Shown: positions 37,263 through 47,999, counted from the first letter of the stretch. The stretch is DNA of 64,000 nt from Parcubacteria group bacterium (GCA_002687175.1 NYZP01000019.1:14629-78628), one strand, 5' to 3'. Made by a program: numbers and translations. The notes: generated by a model not told the origin, from the sequence alone.

Positions 37263-39274
37263 AAATAATAGTCTTCATCGGGATCAGAACTGTTCCATTG
37301 TCCTAGAATTTTAAATAATTCGGGATCAGATAAAAGCTTATCCCAAAGAATTTTTTCTCTAGGGTAATAGGTATTATTATTTTTTAAAACGTACTTTATA
37401 TTTTTATCCTTAAACAGTGCCGATAGTTCTTCTACAGTTAGATCATCGTTATATTCTAAATCCGTTAGCAGATTAAAGCCAAAAGTGGTTATCCGGGCAA
37501 CATTATAGTCACCGTGCCAAGCTAAGTACTGAGTCTGGCGAGTCAGAATATAAAAATCATCCTTATTATTTGGATGAAGTTGATCCAAAATTTTTCTTGC
37601 TTCAACACCACCGTAATAAACGTGTTGTACTGGAAAATGGAAACCACCATGTCGAGGGTAATAGACAAACGACATTCCCCAGGAGTTTAAAAACAAAATG
37701 ATTATAATAAAAGCCATCAACCATGCAGCTTTTACCTTTTTTAGCATCGGAACTAATAAAACAAAAAATAAGAAAATTAAAATTGGGATCCAAACATTAA
37801 CCCAACTTTTATTAGCGACAAATCTTATTTTAAGAAAATATAGACTATAGGTAAAAAGTAATACTAATTTATAACGATCAGTATTTTTCCATATTGCCAC
37901 CGCCATAAATGGCAACAAAATAATTAATACTGTCAAAGCATTATTGGCTACCAAGTCAACAAAAAATTTAAGTGGTTCTAAAATTGTCTCAAATTTTGAG
38001 ATAAAAACACTTGATGAATCAACAACGGCTGTTGTTAAAATACCGAATATCGCTAAAAGCTGCAAACCAAGTAAGAACCACTTAGACTTAAGCTGTTGGA
38101 GATATAAAATACCATAAACCAACCAAAGGCCAAAAAAGGCATAATGCCAACGATCAATTGAAACCGAAGAAAAGAAAATTGTTAAAGTGGCAACAAAATA
38201 GATTATATTGAAAGAAAGATACTCCCATTTTTTATTTTTTATAAACCCCAAAAAACTTAAAATAATAATCGGGTATATAAAAAACATCTGTCTAAATGAA
38301 TAGATAACTCGATGTAAAGGCTGCAGTAATCTATCATCAAGAATAGTAAAAAGCCTTGAAGCATCAAAAATTTCATAATACTTACCCTTGAATATATCAT
38401 TAAATAGTGGAAAAACTGGATTCTCGTAAATTAAATAATTTCGGATGAACCAAAGTATTACTGGAGTACCTAAAAGTAAAGCATAAATGATAAATCTTTT
38501 TTTGTTTTTTGACTTCCAAAACATGTAGAGCAACAATAAACCCCACAACAGTCCTACCATCTTAGATAAAATAAGTAGGACAAAACTTAATATAACGATA
38601 AGTAAATCAAAGTTTGACTTTTGAATTTGATATTTCTCCCAAAAGTATAAAAAACAAGTAGCCGAAAAAATAATTAATGTTTCCTGCATTATATTCCAAC
38701 CACCCCAAAACCAAACCATTTCATTTGTCAAAAATAAAAGAACTAGAAATGCTAAGTTAGTCTTATTGATACCCTTCTCTTCCCCCCACTTGTAAATCAA
38801 ATACAATGTCAATGAGCCGAAAATAAATGGAATCCACATCAATGTTAACTCATTAAATGTGTTAAGAAGTAAAAAGGTGCTGGCTGACAGAATTGGTAAT
38901 AATGGCATACGGGCAAAATGATACAACTCTGTACCATAAGCAAAATCAACAAAGCCATTATTTTCAACAACTAGCCTAGCGTAAGGTAACCAATAGCCAG
39001 TAACATCACCGGAGAAAAAACCACGAAGCATCATTACTCCTAAGATACTTGCGGGAAATAAAACTAGAAAAATTAGCACCTTTTTATCAAAAACTATTTT
39101 TTTTCGAAATACGAATAGCAATAATAAAATGAAAAATAAAGAGAGTGAAACCGTAAAAAAATTAAGGATCCCTGCTAACCCAAAAATTAAATTTAATAAA
39201 AAGAAACTATAAACTAAAATTAGAAATGATTGAATGGTATCTAGGTTAGGTAATTTTTTAATAAAATTTTGCAT
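37247..39274 (-). CDS. GT-C-like membrane glycosyltransferase
   Basis: GDVTGYWLP after the first TMs, LSK, WFIRNYLIYENPVFP motif; many TM helices. Confidence 0.7.
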   Translation of the reverse strand: MQNFIKKLPNLDTIQSFLILVYSFFLLNLIFGLAGILNFFTVSLSLFFILLLLFVFRKKIVFDKKVLIFLVLFPASILGVMMLRGFFSGDVTGYWLPYARLVVENNGFVDFAYGTELYHFARMPLLPILSASTFLLLNTFNELTLMWIPFIFGSLTLYLIYKWGEEKGINKTNLAFLVLLFLTNEMVWFWGGWNIMQETLIIFSATCFLYFWEKYQIQKSNFDLLIVILSFVLLILSKMVGLLWGLLLLYMFWKSKNKKRFIIYALLLGTPVILWFIRNYLIYENPVFPLFNDIFKGKYYEIFDASRLFTILDDRLLQPLHRVIYSFRQMFFIYPIIILSFLGFIKNKKWEYLSFNIIYFVATLTIFFSSVSIDRWHYAFFGLWLVYGILYLQQLKSKWFLLGLQLLAIFGILTTAVVDSSSVFISKFETILEPLKFFVDLVANNALTVLIILLPFMAVAIWKNTDRYKLVLLFTYSLYFLKIRFVANKSWVNVWIPILIFLFFVLLVPMLKKVKAAWLMAFIIIILFLNSWGMSFVYYPRHGGFHFPVQHVYYGGVEARKILDQLHPNNKDDFYILTRQTQYLAWHGDYNVARITTFGFNLLTDLEYNDDLTVEELSALFKDKNIKYVLKNNNTYYPREKILWDKLLSDPELFKILGQWNSSDPDEDYYLWQIY

Positions 39275-39277
39275 AGG

Positions 39278-40057
39278 TTATCTAAAACTTTTGCCTAAAG
39301 ATCTAAATTTTTTAATTTCTTCTTTACCAGGATCGCTAAAATTTGTGCCATCAATTGGATCATTAGCTTTCGGCTCTACCTGATTTTGCTTAATTAGATT
39401 AACTGCTTTAATTAATAAATCTCCTCCTAAAGGAACCGTTTTTTTATAAAGGCTATCAACGGTCTCATTAGAAGAAATTGAAACCTCTTGTTGATTAATA
39501 ATTTTTCCGGAATCTATTTTATCATCAATATAATGAACAGTCACTCCAGTCTTAGTCTCTTGATTCAACAGCAGCCAAAAAGCAATATTTTTTCCTCGGT
39601 ACCTTGGTAACATAGAACCATGAACATTGATATTACCATGCTTTGCTTGTGATAACAAAGGTATTTTTAAAATCACCGGACAAGCGATTGATATAACTAT
39701 GTCAATTTCTAAATCTTTTAATTTATTCACAAACTGTTGATCATTAACGTTTGCCGGATAATGAATAGGTATTTTATTATCTTTAAAAATCTTAGCCACT
39801 GAATAATATTTTCTGATAGGAAAAATGTAACTAATTTTATTTAACAACTTGGCTTTCATAAAATCAAACACCTGAATAACAAAACTTCGTAAACCATATA
39901 ATTCAAAAAGTCCGGACATGACCTGAAAACTGGACTTCCTTGTATACCTTGGTAAAATTGCCACTCCCACAATTTCGGTTGCCAATGATCTTACTACTTT
40001 CTCTATTGATAAAGGTAAGTAGAATGGTTCATCTTGGGTGATTATAAAAATTTTCAT
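39278..40057 (-). CDS. formyltransferase (sugar N-formyltransferase-like)
   Basis: NVHGSMLPRYRG and GVTVHYIDDKIDSG (Formyl_trans_N). Confidence 0.88.
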   Translation of the reverse strand: MKIFIITQDEPFYLPLSIEKVVRSLATEIVGVAILPRYTRKSSFQVMSGLFELYGLRSFVIQVFDFMKAKLLNKISYIFPIRKYYSVAKIFKDNKIPIHYPANVNDQQFVNKLKDLEIDIVISIACPVILKIPLLSQAKHGNINVHGSMLPRYRGKNIAFWLLLNQETKTGVTVHYIDDKIDSGKIINQQEVSISSNETVDSLYKKTVPLGGDLLIKAVNLIKQNQVEPKANDPIDGTNFSDPGKEEIKKFRSLGKSFR

Positions 40058-40851
40058 CTCAATTTTGTTTGGTAATCGTTAGCTAATTCAGAAATGGCAG
40101 CTGACTTGTAACCCTGAGCCAAAATATATTTAATAAATTTCTCTAAAATTTTTAATCCTTTGCCCTGATTCCTAATATAAAAAATTCTTTGCAAAAGTGG
40201 TAATTTTTGTTTACCAGCGATTTTACTTAAATTATGGAGATGAAAATCAAATATTAAAACGTGTGGCAAACCAAGAAGCTTTAAAATAATTTTGTAAACA
40301 TGCCAACCTAAAAATTGAATGTAACTCTGAGAAATTGGAAACCTAAGCTTTGGAGTAACGGCAAAAGGAAACTCTAAAATTCCATTTGTCTGTTTAAAAG
40401 GTACCATTGGTGAACTGGCGTTATTAAACACTCCTGGTCGATAAAATGGGAATAAGCTAAAATTATTTTTAAAACCAAATTCTTTCAGGACATCAAGATC
40501 TTGGTCAGTAAAATATCCTTGAGGAAAACGATAATGCTCTGGCGGACTGTTGAAATAATTAATAAAAGCCTGCTGAGACTTTTGAACTTCTTCTCGAGTC
40601 TCTGCCAGGCTATTTTTTTTACCAGATATATGATAATAAGAATGCACTCCAAAATCACATCCAAATTTTTGCAATTTACTGATAACTTCAGGATATTCAT
40701 CAATTAAATGCCCAGAAAGAAATACCGAAAGTTTAATATTATATTTTTTAAAAAGATTCAGTAAAGGATCTATGTTTTCTGCTGCCGTAAAAGTGTCTAA
40801 CCAACCATAATCTTTTTCTAAATCTAAGGTGAAACAAACTAATTTTTCCAT
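40054..40851 (-). CDS. polysaccharide deacetylase (NodB-like)
   Basis: TLDLE, HSYYH, YRFP, FHLH. Confidence 0.85.
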   Translation of the reverse strand: MEKLVCFTLDLEKDYGWLDTFTAAENIDPLLNLFKKYNIKLSVFLSGHLIDEYPEVISKLQKFGCDFGVHSYYHISGKKNSLAETREEVQKSQQAFINYFNSPPEHYRFPQGYFTDQDLDVLKEFGFKNNFSLFPFYRPGVFNNASSPMVPFKQTNGILEFPFAVTPKLRFPISQSYIQFLGWHVYKIILKLLGLPHVLIFDFHLHNLSKIAGKQKLPLLQRIFYIRNQGKGLKILEKFIKYILAQGYKSAAISELANDYQTKLR

Positions 40852-40935
40852 AAATTACATTCTTATACTTTCTTTTTACCACCCTACCAATTAATATCTC
40901 AGACAAAATCAGCAATTATTTGATTTGCTTTATAT

Positions 40936-41154
40936 TTATTTATTGACTGCTTGATCTTCACCATTCCATTCTTTTATTTTTTTTGTTTGATTGTCTACCG
41001 CTTTATTATAACTGTTGCAATTTTCTGCTGTCCAATGCACGGCATCATCTGAAAAAACATGGATTTTATCTAACTTAATTGCTTCAACAACAGCTTTAGA
41101 TATTTCCTCGACTGAACTATTGGGATATTTAGCCTTCAGCTCCTTTAAAGTCAT
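40936..41154 (-). CDS. small hypothetical protein
   Basis: 72 aa ORF starting 2 nt after the radical SAM gene's stop. Confidence 0.55.
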   Translation of the reverse strand: MTLKELKAKYPNSSVEEISKAVVEAIKLDKIHVFSDDAVHWTAENCNSYNKAVDNQTKKIKEWNGEDQAVNK

Positions 41155-41156
41155 AC

Positions 41157-42593
41157 TCAGTTACATTTTTTAATTTCTTGTTTCCACTCAAACATACGAC
41201 GTATAAGGCCATACAGCCCTCTGCTATAAGCTTTAAACTCACCCCAGGTTTTAATTCTAGAAATCATTTCAAATACTTTCTTTGGCCGAAAATAAAACTG
41301 TTTAAAAGCACTATTAGTATAGTCTTGAAGTTCTTGACTGGAAACATCACAAATATCTGCCATTGGAACGACACCTTTTGGTACAAAATCATCCCAATTA
41401 GTGGCATTGTCTAAATGTTTGTAATGAGTGGTATATACTTCTGTACCAGGAAAAGGTATGAGGCGATTAAATGAGGCTATCGTTGGGTTAACCTCTTTTG
41501 CAAAATCAATAGTTTGCTCAACAGTTTGTTTTGTTTCACCAGGAGCACCTAAAATAAAAGAGGCGATAGTTTTAAAACCAAGTTCATTTGACCTTTGAAC
41601 AGCCCAACGAATTTGATCAAGAGTTGTTCCCTTTTTAAAATTATTTAAGATGTCTTGATTACCAGATTCAATGCCATATAAGATACTAAAACAACCGGCT
41701 CTTCTCATCAACTTTAACATTTCTTCATTAATGGTATTCACTCTAGAAAAGCAGTACCAATCAATTTTCAATTGACGATCAATTATTCCTTGACAAATTT
41801 CCGTTGTCCTTTCTTTATTTACGGTAAAAGTGTCATCAACAAAAATAATATATTCAACTCCATATTCCTTCATTACGTACTCTATTTGGTCTAACATATA
41901 TTTAGGGCTATGATATCTAAAAGAGTAACCTAAAGTTTTCCACGAAGCGCAAAATGTACACCTTGCTGGACAGCCACGACTAGATATTAAAGTAATTGAT
42001 TTTTTACCCCTATCTAAATGGACATTTGGTCGATAATTATTAATATCAACAAGTTCCCAAGCAGGATATGGCAAATCGTCCAGCTCTTGAATTAATTGAC
42101 GAGCTTCTGTCACTACAATCTCACCATCTTTGTTTTTATAAACGAGCCCTTTAACATCAGAAAAATCCCGTGAGCCACTTTCATATTTTTTAACAATATC
42201 AAGTATGGTGTAATCTGACTCAGCAATTGATATTAAATCAAATTGTGGAAAATTTTTGGCTATTTGAGTTGGTACTGATGAGGCGTGAATACCACCTAGG
42301 ACAGTAAAAGTACCTAATTCTTCCTTGATTAATTCCGCCATTTTAGATGCCCCTTTAAAATTTGCTGTCATACAGGTGATACCAATAATTTCAGGATTTT
42401 TTGCTCGTAAGTAAGTAAGTATTTCTTCCTTACCCATATTATATATTTCCGGCTCAAAGATTGATACCTCATGACCCTCTCTCTTTAAAACAGCTGCTAA
42501 ATAACCAATACCAATGGGAAAAGTATAATTAGGACCAACATTTAATGATCCGTATATATCAAGATATGGAGCTTGGATTAAGACTACCTTCAT
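41157..42593 (-). CDS. B12-binding radical SAM enzyme
   Basis: PIGIGYLAA, LGGIH, SRGCPARCTFC, DDTFT, GIESG. Confidence 0.92.
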   Translation of the reverse strand: MKVVLIQAPYLDIYGSLNVGPNYTFPIGIGYLAAVLKREGHEVSIFEPEIYNMGKEEILTYLRAKNPEIIGITCMTANFKGASKMAELIKEELGTFTVLGGIHASSVPTQIAKNFPQFDLISIAESDYTILDIVKKYESGSRDFSDVKGLVYKNKDGEIVVTEARQLIQELDDLPYPAWELVDINNYRPNVHLDRGKKSITLISSRGCPARCTFCASWKTLGYSFRYHSPKYMLDQIEYVMKEYGVEYIIFVDDTFTVNKERTTEICQGIIDRQLKIDWYCFSRVNTINEEMLKLMRRAGCFSILYGIESGNQDILNNFKKGTTLDQIRWAVQRSNELGFKTIASFILGAPGETKQTVEQTIDFAKEVNPTIASFNRLIPFPGTEVYTTHYKHLDNATNWDDFVPKGVVPMADICDVSSQELQDYTNSAFKQFYFRPKKVFEMISRIKTWGEFKAYSRGLYGLIRRMFEWKQEIKKCN

Positions 42594-42598
42594 ATTTT

Positions 42599-43468
42599 TT
42601 ATTTTTCCCGCCTTAATGATGCCAACTGATCAGCCAATAATCCATTAAAAAATAAAATAACACCAGTTAATATTATAAGGATGCCAGAATTTGGCATACG
42701 ACCAAAAATGACAATACCATTGACCGAGAACAGTAAACCAAAAATAGTTAAAAATAAACTAATTGGCATAAATATTTTAAGTGGATTAAACAACATAATA
42801 ACTCTTAAAATTAATAGAATTGTTTTAAAACCATCTCTAAAATATTTAACGGAACTGTGACTACCTGGTTTTCTTTCTTGAATATGGATTGGAACATAAC
42901 CAACGTTAAGACCTTCTTTGAAAAAAGCTAAAGTGATTGTTGTTGACAAAGAAAATGAATTAGGCAAGATATGAACAAACTTTAAAAATAAATCTTTTTT
43001 AACAACTCTTAATCCTGAATTTAAATCAGGAATTTTTTTATCAACTAATACATTAGCTATCAACTGTAATATTTTCTTACCGGGCATTCTAGATTTTGGA
43101 CCTTTATACTCAACCCGAGAACCAACGACCATATCAAACTGATCAATTTTTTCTAACACCGGTTGCAAAATTTCGGCTTGATGCTGGCCATCACCATCAA
43201 AAAATAATACCCAATCATATTTAGAATTTTTTACACCAGTTTTCAATGATGCACCATAACCCTTATTATAAGGATGATTAATTAATCTGACAGGTTTAGA
43301 CTTTACTAATTCTGCTGTCTTGTCAGCTGAAGCATCATTAACAATGATAATCTCATGTTTATAATCTTTAAAAAAATTATTTAAGTTATCAATAACTCCT
43401 GAGATTGCTTTTTCTTCATTGTAGGCAGGAACAATAACTGAAATTCCCTGATTTTTAAAACTCATCAT
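42599..43468 (-). CDS. GT2 polyprenyl-phosphate sugar synthase-like protein
   Basis: VPAYNEE, NKGYGASLKTG, DGDGQH, DLNSGLR; C-terminal TM helices. Confidence 0.9.
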   Translation of the reverse strand: MMSFKNQGISVIVPAYNEEKAISGVIDNLNNFFKDYKHEIIIVNDASADKTAELVKSKPVRLINHPYNKGYGASLKTGVKNSKYDWVLFFDGDGQHQAEILQPVLEKIDQFDMVVGSRVEYKGPKSRMPGKKILQLIANVLVDKKIPDLNSGLRVVKKDLFLKFVHILPNSFSLSTTITLAFFKEGLNVGYVPIHIQERKPGSHSSVKYFRDGFKTILLILRVIMLFNPLKIFMPISLFLTIFGLLFSVNGIVIFGRMPNSGILIILTGVILFFNGLLADQLASLRREK

Positions 43469-44433
43469 ATAAAATCAATATTAGACTCACGGTCAGGATG
43501 TTTAATATGATAAAGTAATTTATTTATTTCATGATCTTTGCAACATACTTGGCAATCATTATCAACTAATTTACAAGCTTTAATCTTTTTTCTTTTATCT
43601 GATTTCCAGATATCAAGAAAACTGTGTTCATTCAAATTACCAAAAATATATGGCTCCTTACCAAGCTTGTACATGCAAACATTGACATCACCTCGAAAAT
43701 CGATTACTGGACAAAAATTATGGCCGTAGCAGGTATCATAAGTTCTAGGTTTTGTAGCATCTTCAAATTTATATTCTGATAAAATGATTTTAAAATTTTC
43801 GTCTTCTAATTCTTTCAGCTTATAAGGTATTTCAAGATTCTTCTGTTTATCATAGGTTTTGGCTAAAGCTGGTCTAACTTGAAAATAATAAACTCCTAAC
43901 TCTTTGGCTTGTTTGGCATATTCATAAGCTTTTGGATAACTTTCTTCAGTAACATTTAAACAAATACCTATTGGTGTTTTACTGCTGGTATATTCTTTGA
44001 GTAATTTACGATCAATACCATCCATAAATTTCTCGGTTAAAGAAATACGAATCCAATCATAAAATTCTGGATTTATTCTATTTTTTTCGTAACTTAAAGC
44101 ATTAGTAAAAAGTCCTTGAGAAAAACCAAGTTTATGAGCAGTTTCATTAAATTCGTTAATATTTGGATGTAGAGTTGGTTCTCCTCCACCAGTCCAGGAA
44201 ATAGCTTTAATACCCATTGAAGCCATGTCAGATAAGGTTCTAAGCATTACATCTTTATTAATACCGTCACCGCTATGAGTACCACCATAAAAACACCACG
44301 GACATTTAGCATTACAGTAGTTTGTTGGTGAAATCTCGATTAGTACCGGTACGTTATCGCCTGTTTTTAACCAGTCATTAACACGATCCCAATTCCAGAG
44401 TAATTTCATTTGCGGATTAAAGGTAACTTTCAT
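43465..44433 (-). CDS. radical SAM enzyme with SPASM/twitch domain
   Basis: CNAKCPWC, GGGEPT, C-terminal CYG...VC...CQVCC. Confidence 0.9.
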   Translation of the reverse strand: MKVTFNPQMKLLWNWDRVNDWLKTGDNVPVLIEISPTNYCNAKCPWCFYGGTHSGDGINKDVMLRTLSDMASMGIKAISWTGGGEPTLHPNINEFNETAHKLGFSQGLFTNALSYEKNRINPEFYDWIRISLTEKFMDGIDRKLLKEYTSSKTPIGICLNVTEESYPKAYEYAKQAKELGVYYFQVRPALAKTYDKQKNLEIPYKLKELEDENFKIILSEYKFEDATKPRTYDTCYGHNFCPVIDFRGDVNVCMYKLGKEPYIFGNLNEHSFLDIWKSDKRKKIKACKLVDNDCQVCCKDHEINKLLYHIKHPDRESNIDFI

Positions 44434-45208
44434 GTATGTATTCTTTTAAAGCTAATTTATAAGATCTTAAGTGTTTAGTTTTAATTGATGAGTCTTTAAC
44501 TCTCGGGGCAATTTCTTTGAAGTTATTATTGATAAAAAATTTATGTTTTTTCCCTAAAATATTTGCTATTTCGTTAGCTAGTTGCCAACGGGTGACCCGA
44601 CCTTGATTACCAACTTCATAAATCCCAAACTGTTTATTTTGATATTTTTTCCAACAAAAATCTATTAGATCTTTAATATAAGTTGGCGAGCTATACCGAT
44701 TATTAGTAAGTTCTATCCGGTGTCCAGTTTTTAAAGATTTCAGTAAAAATCCTACAAAATTTTTATCCTTATGTTTTCCGCCACCAAACAGTAAGTCCGT
44801 CCGAAAAACAAAAAACTTTTTATAAATTTTTTTATTAAATAACTTAACTGATAGATATTTAGTAACTGCGTAAACATTTATCAAATCTTTATCTTGGGTA
44901 GACCCAAAATGCATCAGGGGAACATTTTTTTGTTGACAGATTTTTAACAGATTAGCTGGGCCTAAAAAATTTGTTTTTACTGCTTGTTTAGGATTTTTTT
45001 CACAGTAATCTATATTACTAATAGCAGCACAGTTTATTACTAGATCTATTCCTTTTTTAATATACTGTTTCACCTCTGGTAACTCAGCAATGTCACACTC
45101 TTTTTGTGTAGGTAAAATCAATTCATAGTCTTTGTCAAGAAACCTTACAAACTCACTACCCAACATACCATTACTACCGAAAATCAAAATCTTTTTATTT
45201 TTTACCAT
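44417..45208 (-). CDS. RmlD-like NDP-4-keto-sugar reductase
   Basis: GSNGMLG, NCAA, YAVTK (YxxxK), SPTY. Confidence 0.85.
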   Translation of the reverse strand: MVKNKKILIFGSNGMLGSEFVRFLDKDYELILPTQKECDIAELPEVKQYIKKGIDLVINCAAISNIDYCEKNPKQAVKTNFLGPANLLKICQQKNVPLMHFGSTQDKDLINVYAVTKYLSVKLFNKKIYKKFFVFRTDLLFGGGKHKDKNFVGFLLKSLKTGHRIELTNNRYSSPTYIKDLIDFCWKKYQNKQFGIYEVGNQGRVTRWQLANEIANILGKKHKFFINNNFKEIAPRVKDSSIKTKHLRSYKLALKEYIHESYL

Positions 45209-46774
45209 CTAGGTAACCCGCGCTTCCTTCTGGGTCAATACTTGAAACAAAAATTTTATTCTTTCGGCAAACTTCAAAATTGAACCACTAAATAAATATA
45301 CCAATATTCCTTTAGAAGCTAACAAGCGCTCATTGGTCTTATTAAAAAAACTTCTTTTTTCTGGATCACCAATTCGAAAAATATGCTGTCTGATTAATAC
45401 TCGACTTAAATAATGATCATTATATCTTAAAGATTCTTTAATAAGATGTGGTAAAACAGTCTCGTGAGGAATATTTTCAAATAATGGAATGTGTGTTGGC
45501 GTTGACATTAAATAGTTACGCTTGTCTTCAAACGGTTCAACCCAACTAAAATTCATTTGATTTCTTCTTTCAGCTACTTTTTCTAATTCAGCACCAGGAT
45601 AAATTCTTAAAGCGCCAATACCACCAGCTTCAATCAAATACTTTCTTAATTTTTTATGTAATCTGACATTTTCTGAAACATCATCGAGGGTCTCACCAGG
45701 AGTGGAAATTAAAATACCACCACGAACAATAATTTTATTTCTGTTGAGAGTTTCGAGACACTTAAAAGTTTGATCTATACCAATCTTTTTCTTCATTAGC
45801 TTCAAAGAATTGTTGCTTAAATTTTCTATACCTAAGGTAATCATTCGGCAACCACTTTCGTAAAGTTTCTTAGCTGTTTCATCATCAACTGAATCAATCC
45901 TAGCCAAGCAAGCATAACGTATTCGACTGTCTAGATTCTTTAGACCGTCGGCTAACTCATGAAACCATTTTTTATTGGCGATTAAATGATCGTCCTGAAA
46001 AACAAAATCGGTGATTCCTTGATCTAAAAAATACTTTACTTGCTTTAAACAATTTTCTACTTTTAATGTTCTTAATGTTCTGGTCCACATTGCTTCGGCT
46101 GAACAAAAGACACAGTTAAACGGACAACCACGAGAAAAAATTAAATTAGCCATTGGCTTTTCAGTTTTGTTCTGACGAACAATGGACATCTTATCTAAGT
46201 CATCATATTCTTCTTCCTGTGGAATATAAGATTTATACTTATGATTGTTAGCCAGTGAGAAATCCGGCATTGGCAAGTCATTCAAATCTTTGACAGCATC
46301 TTGAGCAGGGTTAATAATTGTCTTACCATTTTCTCGATAAGTTATACCCTTAACTTCCGCCATTGACCTTTTGCCTTCTAAAACTTCAAATAACTGAACA
46401 ATTGTTTTCTCACCTTCACCGCGAATTGCCACATCAACATAATCTAACTTATCAATAATATCTCGGTGAACCATGGTGGGAAAAGGACCACCCAGTACCA
46501 CCAGTGACTGCGGACGCGCTGCTTTGGCAAGCTTAGCCGTGTCAAAAGCGGCAATGCGGTCTTCAACATTAAAAGATATTCCAATAACGTCTGGCTTAAA
46601 ATCTTTGACCATGCCTTGAAACTCTTCTGGGCTTGGATTATCCAAATAAGCATCCATATACTTAACCTCCGCGCCATACTGTTTGGCAACCGTGGCTATA
46701 CTGAGCATGCCAATTGGGCTTAAAATGTGCTTTTCGCCATAATACCCTATTGGATTTGTAATAAAAAAACGCAT
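45209..46774 (-). CDS. B12-binding radical SAM enzyme
   Basis: PIGMLSIA, LGGP, GEGE, SRGCPFNCVFC, GIE. Confidence 0.92.
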   Translation of the reverse strand: MRFFITNPIGYYGEKHILSPIGMLSIATVAKQYGAEVKYMDAYLDNPSPEEFQGMVKDFKPDVIGISFNVEDRIAAFDTAKLAKAARPQSLVVLGGPFPTMVHRDIIDKLDYVDVAIRGEGEKTIVQLFEVLEGKRSMAEVKGITYRENGKTIINPAQDAVKDLNDLPMPDFSLANNHKYKSYIPQEEEYDDLDKMSIVRQNKTEKPMANLIFSRGCPFNCVFCSAEAMWTRTLRTLKVENCLKQVKYFLDQGITDFVFQDDHLIANKKWFHELADGLKNLDSRIRYACLARIDSVDDETAKKLYESGCRMITLGIENLSNNSLKLMKKKIGIDQTFKCLETLNRNKIIVRGGILISTPGETLDDVSENVRLHKKLRKYLIEAGGIGALRIYPGAELEKVAERRNQMNFSWVEPFEDKRNYLMSTPTHIPLFENIPHETVLPHLIKESLRYNDHYLSRVLIRQHIFRIGDPEKRSFFNKTNERLLASKGILVYLFSGSILKFAERIKFLFQVLTQKEARVT

Positions 46775-46778
46775 ATTG

Positions 46779-47999
46779 TTAAGAATTTCTTAATAATAAC
46801 GAAGAATAAGAATCTCTGATTCTTAAAGCTAATTGGCTAAAATTAGTATTTTTCTCGACAAATTGACGAGCATTTTTGCCGAATTGTGATATATGAGAAG
46901 GATATAAGATAAAATGCTCCATGGCTTTAGATAACTCCTCTATATTACCATGATTTATAGAAATTCCAAGACCACTATTCTCAAAGTTAATTGTATCATA
47001 CTTCTTTGATAAAATCACTGGTTTTCCCATTGCCATGGCCTCGATATGGACTTTATAAATACCAAATTGACCCAAGGCATCAGACACGAAAACATCACAA
47101 ACAGCATAATAGTCAAGTCGTCTATTTCCGACTACTTTTCCGACAAATTCGATTTTTTTATTATCTCCAGCTAATTTTTTAAAATCAGCTTCACTTGAAG
47201 GGGCTCCTTCACCAGCAATAATTAATTTAACATTTTTATATTTTTGACAAAGTAAATTAAAGGCTTGAATAACATAATGGAGACCTTTTCTCTTTGATAG
47301 CATACCTAAAAATAAAAAAGTAATAGCTTTATTATCTTTTTCTATATTAGACTTGTAATCTAAATTAAATTTTTCAGCATTAACTGCCATGGGGAAAAAA
47401 ACAAAATCAGATTTATAACCCTTAGCTTTTAAGTCATCAATAATTTTTGTTTCCCTAACAGCGTACAAATCAACGCCGCGAGGAAACTTTTCATCAGGAA
47501 TAAAAATTTTGTAAAAGTAATGAGAAAACTTATTAAATATTTTTTCTAATAGGCCATACTTAGGTTGTGGCAAAGAAATTTCTTCCCATTTTTTTTGACG
47601 GTCATAATTAATGTCGTCAAGAAACTCTTTATCTTCATAATCGTACGGTAGGTCAGCAGTTGAAACAAATGGTCTAAGTTTAAATCGACTAAAAGGATGA
47701 GGACCATTAGTTGGTATTAAATGAATAATATCTATTTTTTTAAAAAATATTAATGGCAGGGAATAAAAAAATGTTTTTAGCATATATGGTTTAGTGAAAT
47801 TAGGAATTTTTTGACACCCCGGAACTGTATAAACTTTAATATTAGGATGAAGCTTGGACTCTTTAATCTCGGTAAAGCAAGACACTACATAAATTTTAAT
47901 ACCTAGCTTGGCCAGTTCATGTGATAACCCCCAAGCACCTTGGACCTCCCCGCCAACATGGATGTCAGAAAATATGTGTGTGATAAATAAAATTCTCAT
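46779..47999 (-). CDS. GT4 family glycosyltransferase
   Basis: MRILFI...GGE, KRKG, IEAMAMGKPVI. Confidence 0.88.
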   Translation of the reverse strand: MRILFITHIFSDIHVGGEVQGAWGLSHELAKLGIKIYVVSCFTEIKESKLHPNIKVYTVPGCQKIPNFTKPYMLKTFFYSLPLIFFKKIDIIHLIPTNGPHPFSRFKLRPFVSTADLPYDYEDKEFLDDINYDRQKKWEEISLPQPKYGLLEKIFNKFSHYFYKIFIPDEKFPRGVDLYAVRETKIIDDLKAKGYKSDFVFFPMAVNAEKFNLDYKSNIEKDNKAITFLFLGMLSKRKGLHYVIQAFNLLCQKYKNVKLIIAGEGAPSSEADFKKLAGDNKKIEFVGKVVGNRRLDYYAVCDVFVSDALGQFGIYKVHIEAMAMGKPVILSKKYDTINFENSGLGISINHGNIEELSKAMEHFILYPSHISQFGKNARQFVEKNTNFSQLALRIRDSYSSLLLRNS

